In this document: positions 39,540 through 50,500 of the stretch, piece by piece | How the letters are laid out: every line of letters starts with the position of its first letter | Position numbering within the stretch: the stretch's first letter is position 1 | Assembly (NCBI GenBank): GCA_030248215.1 | Contig: JASANG010000641.1 | Span: 248,001-312,000, forward strand | Direction: 5' to 3' | DNA from: Enoplolaimus lenunculus | Taxonomy: Eukaryota | DNA length: 64,000 nt | Program-made: the position numbers and the translations under genes | Notes under the pieces: model-generated | What the model saw: the letters and a program-made list of their open reading frames with translations, nothing else | Databases searched by the model: none | What the model was told of the DNA's origin: nothing

Positions 39540-39712
39540 GGCCCATGTAGAGAAAAGGGCCGGATCGTTTTTCGGAGGGGCTATAATAGAGTCAGTTTAA
39601 GCTTTAGACTAATTTTTTTGCTTAGGCTTAAGCTTAAGATTAGGCTTAAGCTTAGGCTTAGGCTTAGGAATATGCTTATACTACTGTTCCGGCCCTGTTC
39701 TGTACATTGGCC
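39540..39712. mobile_element. MITE, TTAGGC-carrying family
   Basis: ~25-bp imperfect TIR GGCCCATGTAGAGAAAAGGGCCGGA / TCCGGCCCTGTTCTGTACATTGGCC; internal (TTAGGC/TTAAGC)n. Confidence 0.8.
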
Positions 39713-40305
39713 GCAATTTTTATACTATCACTTACCGCGATTTAGGTTTTCGAAAATTGCTTCAGATTTCAACTTCTCAAAACGCCTCCTGAGCATTGTG
39801 CACATTTTAAATTGTTACAAATTCCGATTTTGCCGTGTTTAAGCGTCATTGCAGCGGCGGAACCAGAAATTTATGACGAGGGGCGGGTTTCGCAAAAGTT
39901 GCGATAAACAATTTTTACTGTATGCTGATGTTCTGAGAAGGAAAAATTGTATGCTAGGGACCTGATGATGTTATGACAAAAATTTTTTCGGATGGGGTCA
40001 TACGCCCTCTTCTCTGCATCCGGCAGCAGTTCTTCAACTGTGTAAGAAATTTCAATACCATTCAACTCAGCTTCATGAAACGGAGTAACATTTTTGTTAA
40101 AATTTCCACGATTGAACGATTAAAAAATTATCACCAAATAGGTTTTGGCACAGTCCCTGAACTTGTTGACAAAAAAATTTCTTGCTTCATAAGGGACCTA
40201 TTATTAAATCATAAGCTAATATGAAAATTTTTTCAAAATTAAACCATATTAAACAGACATCGGTGTGAGTTAGCAAGTAAATCGATTACGCCCAATTAGG
40301 AACTA

Positions 40306-40553
40306 GGGCCAATGTAAAGAATAGGGGCGGAACAGTATTATAAGCATATTCTCAAGCCTAAGCCTAGCCTAAGCCTAAGCACAAGAATGAGCATATTCCG
40401 AAGCTTACGTCTAAGCCTAAGCCTAAGCATAAGAACGAGCATATTCCTAAACCCAAGCCTAAGCCTAAGCCGAGCAAAAAAATAGTCTAAACCTTAAGCT
40501 TACTCTATTCTAGTCCCGCAGAAAAACTCTCCGCCCCTGATCTTTACACGACC
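40306..40553. mobile_element. MITE, TTAGGC-carrying family with an expanded internal array
   Basis: GGGCCAATGTAAAGA...TCTTTACACGACC; three blocks of GCATATTC..(GCCTAA)n. Confidence 0.8.
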
Positions 40554-41526
40554 TAGAAACAACTTGTGACAAAATTATAAAGAACGCTGAATCTATACAA
40601 CCAGATGTATCTTATATACTCAAGTAAACATAGAAAATACATTTGCCAAAATTTCTGGAAACGAGAAAAGCACTTGCTGGCACCTAGAAAAAATTTGTCG
40701 CATGGTCGCCAAAAACATTTACATGGGACTGGAGACCGTCGACGGACTGAAAATTCTGGCAGCGCTCCAATGTACAGTGTTTACCCTTGGCAACCAAGAG
40801 ACTATGTATTTGGCTAAATTTTAAAAATAAAAACAAAAATGTTTAATTTTATGCAATTCCAACAGTACAGATATCATAGTAGTTAATATATGCAGTGAAA
40901 GCAACGATTTCTTAATATTGAGAAATGCTCATGTATATTGAAAATTTGTTTCGAAAAGAAACTCTATAAAAAGAAAAAAGGTGTATACAGGAAAAAGAAA
41001 ACACAACATATGGCACTGGCGAATTCAATGGGCGCCGCCCAAGCCAACACCCGCAACAATGAATCAAAACAAACATTTATGTTTATGATTTAGCACTAAA
41101 ATTGCGTTTGGCTTCTCGACAACTTTTGCCACTGAATATATATCGCACGGGGGCGTCCTGCATCAGAAGTTTGCCGATCCGTCACTTTACATCTCAGCCA
41201 GTATTCAAGCCCACCGTCGAAAAAAATTTGTATATATATGTATGATAGACAGACACGAAAGGAAAAATGCGGCAGCTTTGATTAATATTTTTCTCCCGTG
41301 CATTTTCTGTAGAAAAAAAGAATTTCTTTTGAGATGCGCACGTTACTGTATATTTTTGTAGTACGCGGACTTACGCAAGACGGCCAGTTCAAATACGGCT
41401 GTATGAACAGTGAATAAAATCGTTATAAACATATTTGAAGTCAAGTTCATACAAATATATCACGACCAAAATCATATGGTCACATGCTCGTTTTGCAAGG
41501 TAAAACGTATGGAGAGGTAGGAGGCT

Positions 41527-41740
41527 GGTATCACGACAATTCGTCGCCCGATAACTTGTCAACCGACAACTTGTAATCCGGAATTTCATCGACTCGACAA
41601 TTCGTCAATTCGTCGCCTATCAGTATGTTTAACCTCGGGTTTAGGGTTAGAATTGCGCTTAAGATAACGCGTAGATTTATTACTTGGCTTTTTAGGACAC
41701 TCTTGGGCAACAAGCTGTCGGGTGACGAATTGTTGTAGGA
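41527..41740. mobile_element. MITE, GACAATTCGTCG family
   Basis: GGTATCACGACAATTCGTCGCC...GGTGACGAATTGTTGTAG. Confidence 0.7.
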
Positions 41741-42915
41741 TGTAGCCGAATATATACCTTCGATCCGGGGAAATTTGTGGTGAAACAAGAAAGAAACACT
41801 TTAATACCTTTAGAATAATCAGCTGGATCGTAGAATTCAAAATGAGTGCGCTTTTCTTAAGTTTGTTTGTAAATTAACTGGAGGATACACTACTGCCTGG
41901 GGCTTGTGGGTCTCCGGAAGTTGGTAAACTGGGACCGGTGAAATTTGATTGGTGTCCGTTGAGAGTCTTCGCTGTGAAATCGCTATGATCCGTTCTAACG
42001 CAAGCAGAAATAGTTTCATGCTCAACTAAAATTTTTTTAGTATCCTTCCAGTTTAATTGGGTTCGTGGGCTGTTGTATAACTAACAAACTTGTAAGAAAC
42101 TTCGGACACTTAAATACGAAATTTGGTAGTTTCACGTTTAACCCTTGCAATTTTCGAATTTTTCCGATTTTGATGTAAACTATAGACTTAGATTTGACGT
42201 TTAAAGCTTCCGAAAAGAAAGGGTACCAGTGTCGAAAAATTTTGCTGTAACGATCAGGGCCGGTAGCCAGAGGGTGCCAGAAGAGCTCACCTCCCCTGAA
42301 ATATTTTTGGTTCCCCTTGAAAATGTTCAACCTTGGGTGTAAGCCATCGAATCCCTTGTATGCCAATCCTAAAATATGCTTAGCCACTTCTATCAAGGTG
42401 AGCTGGCTATTGTCCTGTAACAAGCTAAACGATATATTTTCAATAAGCCGGCTGTGGAGAGTTTGGTACACTGAGGGAGAATCTAGGACTTTTGACACTA
42501 AGATAGAGATTCAGGGAATACGAGCACGAGGAACAATCGAGCTATTCTGTAATTACTATATACTTTAAAACATTTTAGTTGATAAGAATGCACCCAGAGC
42601 ACGTACTAAGTTTTTAAATTATTAATACTTGTGCCTCTCACTGTGTCTGCCCTTGAATTCGTTGTATTAAAATCATTTTATTTGTAAAAGAAAATTGTGC
42701 GGTTTTGCTGACAAATTTGTTTTGACACTTCGGTATAGTTGAAGAAAAGCCGCTGTATTGGCAAAAAGTCAATGGTACAAGTCGGAATGATTTTTATAAT
42801 TTTTCAGCAACTTCACGAGGTTGCTGAAATTTTTAATTTTGGGCGGATGCGTAGACTGCTTTGCTTTGATACTAATTGTATTTCGTCTTTTTTTTCATCG
42901 TTTTTAACTTATTTA

Positions 42916-43320
42916 GGCCCATGTAAATATCAGGGGCAGACTGTTTTTCTGTGGGACTAGAAAAGCGTAAGCTTAAACATTAAACTGATTCTTTGCTTGG
43001 TTTAGGGTTAGGCTTAGGCTTAGGAATAAACTCATTCTCACGCTTAAGCTTGGGTTGAGGCTTACGCTTAGGAAATATCTTAATACTGTTCCGTCCCTGT
43101 TCTTTACATTGACCCTTATCTATGTCTAAATTCCAATCTCTTTTCGGCAAAAATATACGGTTGTGAAATTAATAAAAAATATTAATATGCTACTTTTAGG
43201 GCCATGTAGATTAAGCGTATTCATAAGCATAAGCCTAAGCCTAAGCAAAAAATGTAGTCTAGAATGTAAGCCTTTACACACCCACCACAAACGACGACGG
43301 CTTCAAAAGTAACATGGGCC
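42916..43320. mobile_element. Two adjacent TTAGGC-family MITEs (42916-43115 and 43199-43320)
   Basis: First copy: TTA|GGCCCATGT...ACATTGACCC|TTA (3-bp TTA TSD, PIF/Harbinger-like). Second copy: GGGCCATGT...ACATGGGCC. Confidence 0.75.
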
Positions 43321-43887
43321 ATATATTCAATTAAAGCATTGATTTGAGTTCATTAAGTTTCAGAAAAATTACGCACAATCATTCCGTTCAAGCATTCATT
43401 GTAAAAGAAAAGTATTGGCCCTTCACAGTCAGTCTACTATTTACAATGAACCGAGCAGTCTCTCACCGTCCCATCAGTGTAGAAGACAAAAATCAATTTT
43501 AGAAACTGCGTTGAATCCAAAGGTAAAATTTTTTGAAAAGTTTAAATTCAAAAACACGCGTCTAGTTTATCGCTAGCTTCGCTTACATACTTTACTTCAA
43601 CTGATGTGAATATTAAACTTTACATCATGACATCAGTAAAATTTGCGATATCAACGGTCAATCCAGGGCACAACCCTGAAAATGTATCACTACTGTAACA
43701 TTTACGTCTATCGAAAAAAGTTTCTGCAAAAATTTTGACCCTGTATAAAAAAGCGCTATACTCATCGTACCGGTGGTGTAGTGCATTTCCAAATTGGTAA
43801 GCAAGAGGGCAACCAGTCTCTCATGCCTGAATTAACGCGTCAGCAATAAACTTTAATAAACTTTATGATGCAATTAATCCGCTAGAT

Positions 43888-45245
43888 AAACGGCACTACA
43901 AGTAGTGCCTACAAAAAAACAATCGGAATCGGATTCGGATTATCGGATTCGGAATCGGTCGTTTCATTGGTATGCTTAAATATATTTAGAGCTTAAAATA
44001 TAAACTACACAAGTGTTATTCGTACCAAAATAAATAATAGTAAATAGCAGAGGGGAAATATTGTGTACAAGTAGTGTGAAAGAGAAATCAAAATATATTG
44101 CGATTCAAGAGCAGGGCCGTTTGGGGAGCCGTGCCGTCCAAATTTGGCTTGTGGTTCCCAAATAAACTTTGCCTAAATGTAACCCATCTTGAATTTCCGC
44201 CCAAAATTCCAAAAAAATTTTGGGATCCGACTTCGGATTCCGACTGACTGCTATTTGGACGCCAGACTTTTGAATATTCTGCTATGATTTTGCCTGTTTC
44301 GTGTTTTTACACTTAATCGGTTTTTCTTTAGTAAGTATTCTCAGTTGTTACTCGGAGAGCATCTAGCAGAGCAAATTATTCCACTGGTTATCAAAATGTG
44401 ACTTCAATGGAAAATTTTAAGTTTTACCTTTAAACAAATAACAAAATCTAAACTTCAGCTCTTATGTCATAGCGGCACGCTGTGATGTTAATCCCACAAA
44501 TTTTCAAATATAGCTCGATTATTAGTTCAACAGTACTCTTGCTGCAGTGACAAATGTTCATTTTGGGTTCTGCATTAGATTGTAACGCCACAGCCAAGAT
44601 ATTAAATATCGCTGCTCCATAAAATTGGTTAATTTTCAAAAATCCCGGTCCCGTTATTTATTGTTTCATAAGGCTCCATATTTAAACTTTCGAAATGCTA
44701 AAAATAACTGCATTTCAAATTAAGGCCAAGTTCATCCAGTGCTCTGAAAATTGTCAGTCCGCTTAAGTTTTACAGTGTCTACTGAAACTGTGAATAATAG
44801 AAACAAGCATGCTGCAACAAAAGTCAATTCATACATTTACTTTTTAATAGAGTTACTGAAACTAAATTCCGATTACGGTTACGCTTCCGACAAAACGCAC
44901 GTCCGACTGAGAACCTCTACTGGTAATACAAGTATAATTCTAAGACAATGACTAAAAGCACATGTTCCCATACAAATGTGGTGTTAAATCCTATCAAAGG
45001 TCCCAAAATAAAAACGGCACTATAGATAGTACCTCCAAAAAAATCGGAATCGGATTCGGATTATCGGATTCGGAATCTAGCTTATTGAAGTTATGGTCAC
45101 GTATATAATTCGTTTTGAAATATAACTCACACAAGTGTTATTCGTTTACGAGTACATAATTACATACAATACAGGGAAATATTGTGTACAAGTCACTGTG
45201 GAAGAAGTGGACAGAAACCCAAAATATATTACGATTCATCCGAAT
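43888..45245. repeat. Two direct copies (~43888-44230 and ~45012-45245) of a GGATTC-repeat element end
   Basis: AAACGGCACTA...AAAAAATCGGAATCGGATTCGGATTATCGGATTCGGAATC...CACAAGTGTTATTCGT...GGAAATATTGTGTACAAGT occurs twice. Confidence 0.7.
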
Positions 45246-47219
45246 TCCGGCGTCCGCTTGCCCTGTAATTGGAAAACGGAAATGAGAAACAAATTGTCTC
45301 TTTGATATCCTTTAAACTGAATACTCGCTTTAAAATAATTATGCAAATATTTTTAGTTCGCTCACAAAAACTATAGTTTTTGCTTGACTTTGAATACAAG
45401 TAAGTTAGGCTACGTTAACTGAGCAGGGTCAGTTTTTGTTTGGGGACTGGTGTCTGCTTTGTCGTACAAGTTTTTTCCCCACAAATGAGTGGAAATTTAC
45501 CCGAATTAAGACTAAATATTGTGGAATCAGATAAAAAAATTACTAAATCTTAACGTTTATTAATTATAATTGAAGAAATTTATTCATTCAGGGTCGTGTA
45601 TAAACAAATACAGCCGTAATTTTACACTGGCTACAGATATCCTTAATTTCAAAGCTATTAGTATTTTCTTATGATGTACCCGACATTCACTTATCACATC
45701 GGTACTGATTTGAGCGAAGGCGACACCTTAAAAAGAAGCTGATAATATTTTGCTACAATATTTGTAATCATTGTCAAAATCTGAAAATATTACATCAAAA
45801 ATGAAACATAAAGCCAAAAAGCACCACAATAAAGTTATAAAAGTACATATAAATATAAATATAAATAAATAAATTAATAAATATATATTTATATGTACAT
45901 ATTCACATATATGTGGGCATTGTCTTCTTTCTTAATCCAAAAATTAATACCAACTGATTAAAAAGTTTAATTGTGACTGATTATTTTTTGCTACAATTTA
46001 CTCAAATTCGAGTGTTCGAAAAATAGTTTTTTGTGTGTTAAAATTAAGAGAGAAATTGTTGGAAACAAAAATTTAAAATTTTGCCAATTGAAACGACGGG
46101 GAAACCGAAATTAGCAATCGCGGGTCCGCCCGCTTCCGAATTTAATTTCGAAAGGTAGGGATACTATTTCACCAATCAGCTGTCAACGAGTTGCTAATAT
46201 TGTCTTTTATAAATTTTTAACTGTATGTCTGCGCTGACCCCCTCCAATTCAAATTGTTCCGTACGCTACTGTTTTAAAACGTCTTAACTGGCGGCAAACG
46301 GATCGCAGGGAAGCCTACGGCACACCCGGACCTGGGACCCCAACAAGATCAAACCCAAAATTTTTGTTAGCTTTAGTCTGGCGACTTCTTTCCATACTAA
46401 ATATATCGACCCCCTCCCGAAATTTCTGGATCAGTCACTGTCAAAAAACGTAACATTTTGGAGTTTGGAGACGTTTTCATATGTTTTTTGTCAGTAAGCG
46501 GTAAAATTTGTTTGTCGATACAACATCCGAAACAGTTTCCCTGTAAATGTATGTCGCGATTTGAAAAGATATACAGCCGAATTTCAATATCGAGTAGCGT
46601 CAACGATTTGAATAGTTACACAAATGTTACGAAAATTTTAGAAAAAAATGTCTTAAAAAGTTTACGATTAACGTCGACGAAGATATATTTTGGTTAAAAC
46701 TTGCAATGATGAAATCATATAAATTTTTTTGATAGTTTTTTCTGAGTCTATGTGAACTGTGATACGTCATTTTGAAACAACTTTTTTTCCGTTTGCGAGG
46801 TTTTCTCGTTGCTAATAATTATTTTCAAATTAAAAATCAAAATATTTACTAATAAACAAAAATCACGTGTATCCATAGCAGAAAAAAATGATGCAGTATC
46901 GAACATTCTGCCGCAGAATATGTAATGTTTTAAGTCCAAAGTGGTTACAATATTTGCATAAAGTGGTATTTTTAAAACACTGCACTCTCCTACCACGACT
47001 ACCGTTCTGGGTAAAAGCAATATTGAACTGAAAAATAGGCATGATTTCATTTCGACAAGATACCTGCCAATCTAGCGTAGATTGATGGACAATTTCTGAA
47101 TAGTTTTAGGAGGCAGTAACTTAATTCAAAATCCTTCTTAAACCGTTTTTAGTAATTGGGAAAATATTGCTGCTTTTGTTAGATACGTATACAACAATAG
47201 ATAGGATGATGTGGACCAT

Positions 47220-47369
47220 GGGCCATGTGAAGATCACTAGCGGAACGTTTTTCTGTGGGAGTGCAATAGAGCAAGCTTTAGCTTTAGACTAATTTTTTTG
47301 ATTAGGCTTAGGTTTAGGCTTAGGCTTATGTTTATACTACTGTTACGGCTCCATTCTTTACATTGGCCC
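47220..47369. mobile_element. MITE, TTAGGC-carrying family
   Basis: GGGCCATGTGAAGA...TCTTTACATTGGCCC; internal TTAGGCTTAGGTTTAGGCTTAGGC. Confidence 0.75.
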
Positions 47370-47547
47370 GGATTTTTCTGAAATTTCCGAAAAGCCTGGA
47401 AAACAGTTTTATAGACCTGCAGAGTTCAATATATTTCCTGGCTGGCTAGCAACGATCGCTCGCAAAGATACGTTTAAATATGGTTATCCCATCCCAAAAT
47501 CAAATATTAGCATAGGCACCAGGTTTTGGGTTCCTTAATATTACAAT

Positions 47548-50500
47548 TCATATATCGTTTTCAAAGCTGGACACCTCTTCGTTGGAATTTATCACAATGC
47601 CTGCATCTTCAGGCAGGCCGTCGCAGTCGTAAAATAACCGCATTCGCTCGGTAACACGAAACATTTCGCCGCGGCCAGGAATAATCCAGTCCACACTGCA
47701 CGCAATACGACGCCTGCTATGCGATTGAACGTATACGTTGCGAGAATGTTGTTGAAATGTACCTAAAACAATAAAATTTACATAACAAATACACATTTTC
47801 GACTCAATATCTTCTAAGCTTCTTTTCTAGTATCATCATCCAGTTCACATCATATTGATGTAGAGTTGTATTTTTAATTCTCTGTTAAAGTCATATAAAC
47901 AGTAACAAATTTTTTTAAATTAAAATTTCTCTGACCAACAAGCGTTCAATTCTGCGTAAAATGAGTTCAAAAATTATTTTAATTCGCTTTGTGAGTATGC
48001 GTGGTGTAGCTTGTGTATTTGCAGAGTGCGTAATGTTAAGACACATACATACTCGTGCATGTATACCACCATGGGAAACTGTGATATTGACCGCGCGATG
48101 TAATGGCTAGCGCGCTTGCCTCGCAAGCGAGAGGTGCGAGATTCGATTCCCGGGCGTGGCGATATCTTTCGGAGAAATTTAGGATAGAAAGCATGTGTAT
48201 TCGCAGGATTTCGGACAAAGGGGTCGTCCCGACTGTGCAGTTCTGACACGCTTAATATGTTAAATTTAAATACTGTGGTATAACTTAACGCTGCGCAAAT
48301 TGCAGAAAACAGTCCAGCGAACTTCTTCAAGTTCGTTATTGCAGTAGGGCGTAAAATTGAGTTGCAACTAAAGTTTCGAAACATTTAAAAAATAATTTTA
48401 ATAAATAAATGGCAATGATTAATACCAACTGATGATTGATGCTACACACATTTCAGAATATGACTTAAATTTCAAGACTACAAATTAACCTCACGGTACA
48501 GCTTACTCAAATAAGCATCATCATGATCAAAAAACAAATCGCCGACAATTGCAACACGGCGAAATAGTGGAACATTTTCAACGATAACAGACACTTCATC
48601 TCCGCGCCGGCCTGGGGTCCTTAAAATCGACACGTCACGAACGCACAAAGTATGGATCGACGCAGGATCGATGGGGTTTTTCCAAAAACCCGGGTCGCTT
48701 AAAATGAAAAAATGTGTTGAGTGGGTGAATTGTTAAAATTTGAGGCTTATATTTGATTTGGCCTAAGTTGTAATGCGTACTCCACAATATCGCGTGTACA
48801 CCGTGTAGAAAAATGCATCGGCTACTGACGCTTGCCTATTGCTAGGTTTTCGAAAATTTTCAAACGACAACTACTTATTTTAGAAATTACAAGTAGTCGT
48901 CTTTGAAAAATTATTTTAACAAAGCTCGTATTTCAAAATAAAACGCGATTTTATTCCTTGTTTAAAAACACCTACTGTTTAAAACGAGTGACGCCCTAAT
49001 ACACACTCGTGAAAATTGAAAATATAGTAGTTGTCGTTTTTTGGTATTTGATGTGTACCTATCGACGCTTGCCTGAAATATTTTTTCATTCACATTTCAT
49101 AGTAAAAGTCGTAAAAATCAGTTGCTATGAAATTCTGTAAGCAGCAAACGACAGCTACTATGTTTCATGAATTGAGCAAACGACAGCTAGTAGTGTTTTT
49201 GAAGATCGTCAATAACGGCTCCTAAATTTGTTAAAATTGCAATCTACGCTTAGTAATATTCGATTATTTGGATGCTGTACTTGGTTTTTTAAAATTTTGA
49301 AACTTTGAAATTTAAGGACGTGCTACTTGCTGTTTGTAAATTAGCGTAAGTCGTCGTCAATTGCTGATGCATTTTTCCACACGGTGTGCACGAGATATTG
49401 TGGAGCACGCATAATAGCGATATTTTGTTACGCAACGAACAAATATTTGAATTGTTTTTAGGCCAGTTTTTTATTAATGTTCTCATTGCGTGCAAGCGGG
49501 TTTGTGTTAATAGCGTGTTTGGTTGCACGTTACTCGTTACGAGGCGATAGAGCCGCACACTGCAAGTACAACGCAATCTGACTGCAAGAACCTTTTACTA
49601 CCAACAGTACATAAGTCCTGTTCACACGTGCAAGTATTTGCAACGAGAAGTTGCTGTTACAATTTGCATGGAAAATTTTTTGACAGCGCGAACTTGCAGC
49701 TGCAACTCGGAGCTGCAAGTTGAGTTTCGAAACATATTCACAAAATGCGCAGCAGCAAGTTGCAGATGTAAGCTCTCGGTGCAATTGCTTTCACATGTAA
49801 ATTGCAACTCCAAGTTCCGGATGTAAAAATTTGCACTTCAAAATTGCAGCTGCAAGTTTTTGATGCAAACGCTTGCACGTGTGAATAGAACTAAATACCT
49901 TCGATGGATTTGATTAACGACAAAAATTGCTCGCTGAAACCGTTTCACCAATTCAATCCCAGCCGTCGCAGTAGGACTTCCGGCAAGCAGTTGTTGTCGC
50001 ATTCGGCCGTCTGTTGTTACAATCATCGTAACGTCCACGGGACGGACATGATATTGAGCCAGGGTTCGCTCTAGGGTCGCAGCTGTATGGCCCGCTCCGA
50101 CGTCAAGAACTAGCACAAATTGCGACTGAGCTTGAATCAGCGTTACCGAGCTGGCGTTCGCTGAGTATTCGGAAGTAGGGTCAGCTGAAATTGTTATTAT
50201 TGCTATATGTGGGTTGTATATTCCCCCACATAATATTTTAAAACTTATCCGTTCTACCATCCCATTATCTCGTGTAAAGATTCTTCGTGTTCCTGCCATG
50301 GTTCCTTCGTTGGAATTAAAAACTTATGATCCATAATTTTTAATAACAACACCAACATTAACAATACATGTTGTCGGATGCGTAGCAGAGGTGCCAGGGG
50401 GCACAGCCCCCCGCCTGGAAAGATTTTGCCCCTCTCTGGAAAAATTTTCACTTTGCATGCAAGTCGTTAAAAATCCTTGAATGCCCCTCCTGAAAAATTT

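Noticed and set aside
39620..39670. True telomere or chromosome-fusion scar at TTAGGC tracts
   Set aside because: The tracts are short, degenerate and enclosed by MITE TIRs in both orientations.
27000..47500. Short 60-150 aa ORFs as genes or transposases
   Set aside because: No recognisable motifs (DDE, RT, HUH); many overlap MITEs or AT-rich low-complexity DNA.
47548..50184. Horizontally acquired bacterial beta-lactamase / resistance gene
   Set aside because: It is intron-containing, has an animal MBLAC1-like motif pattern, and lacks the metal ligands.
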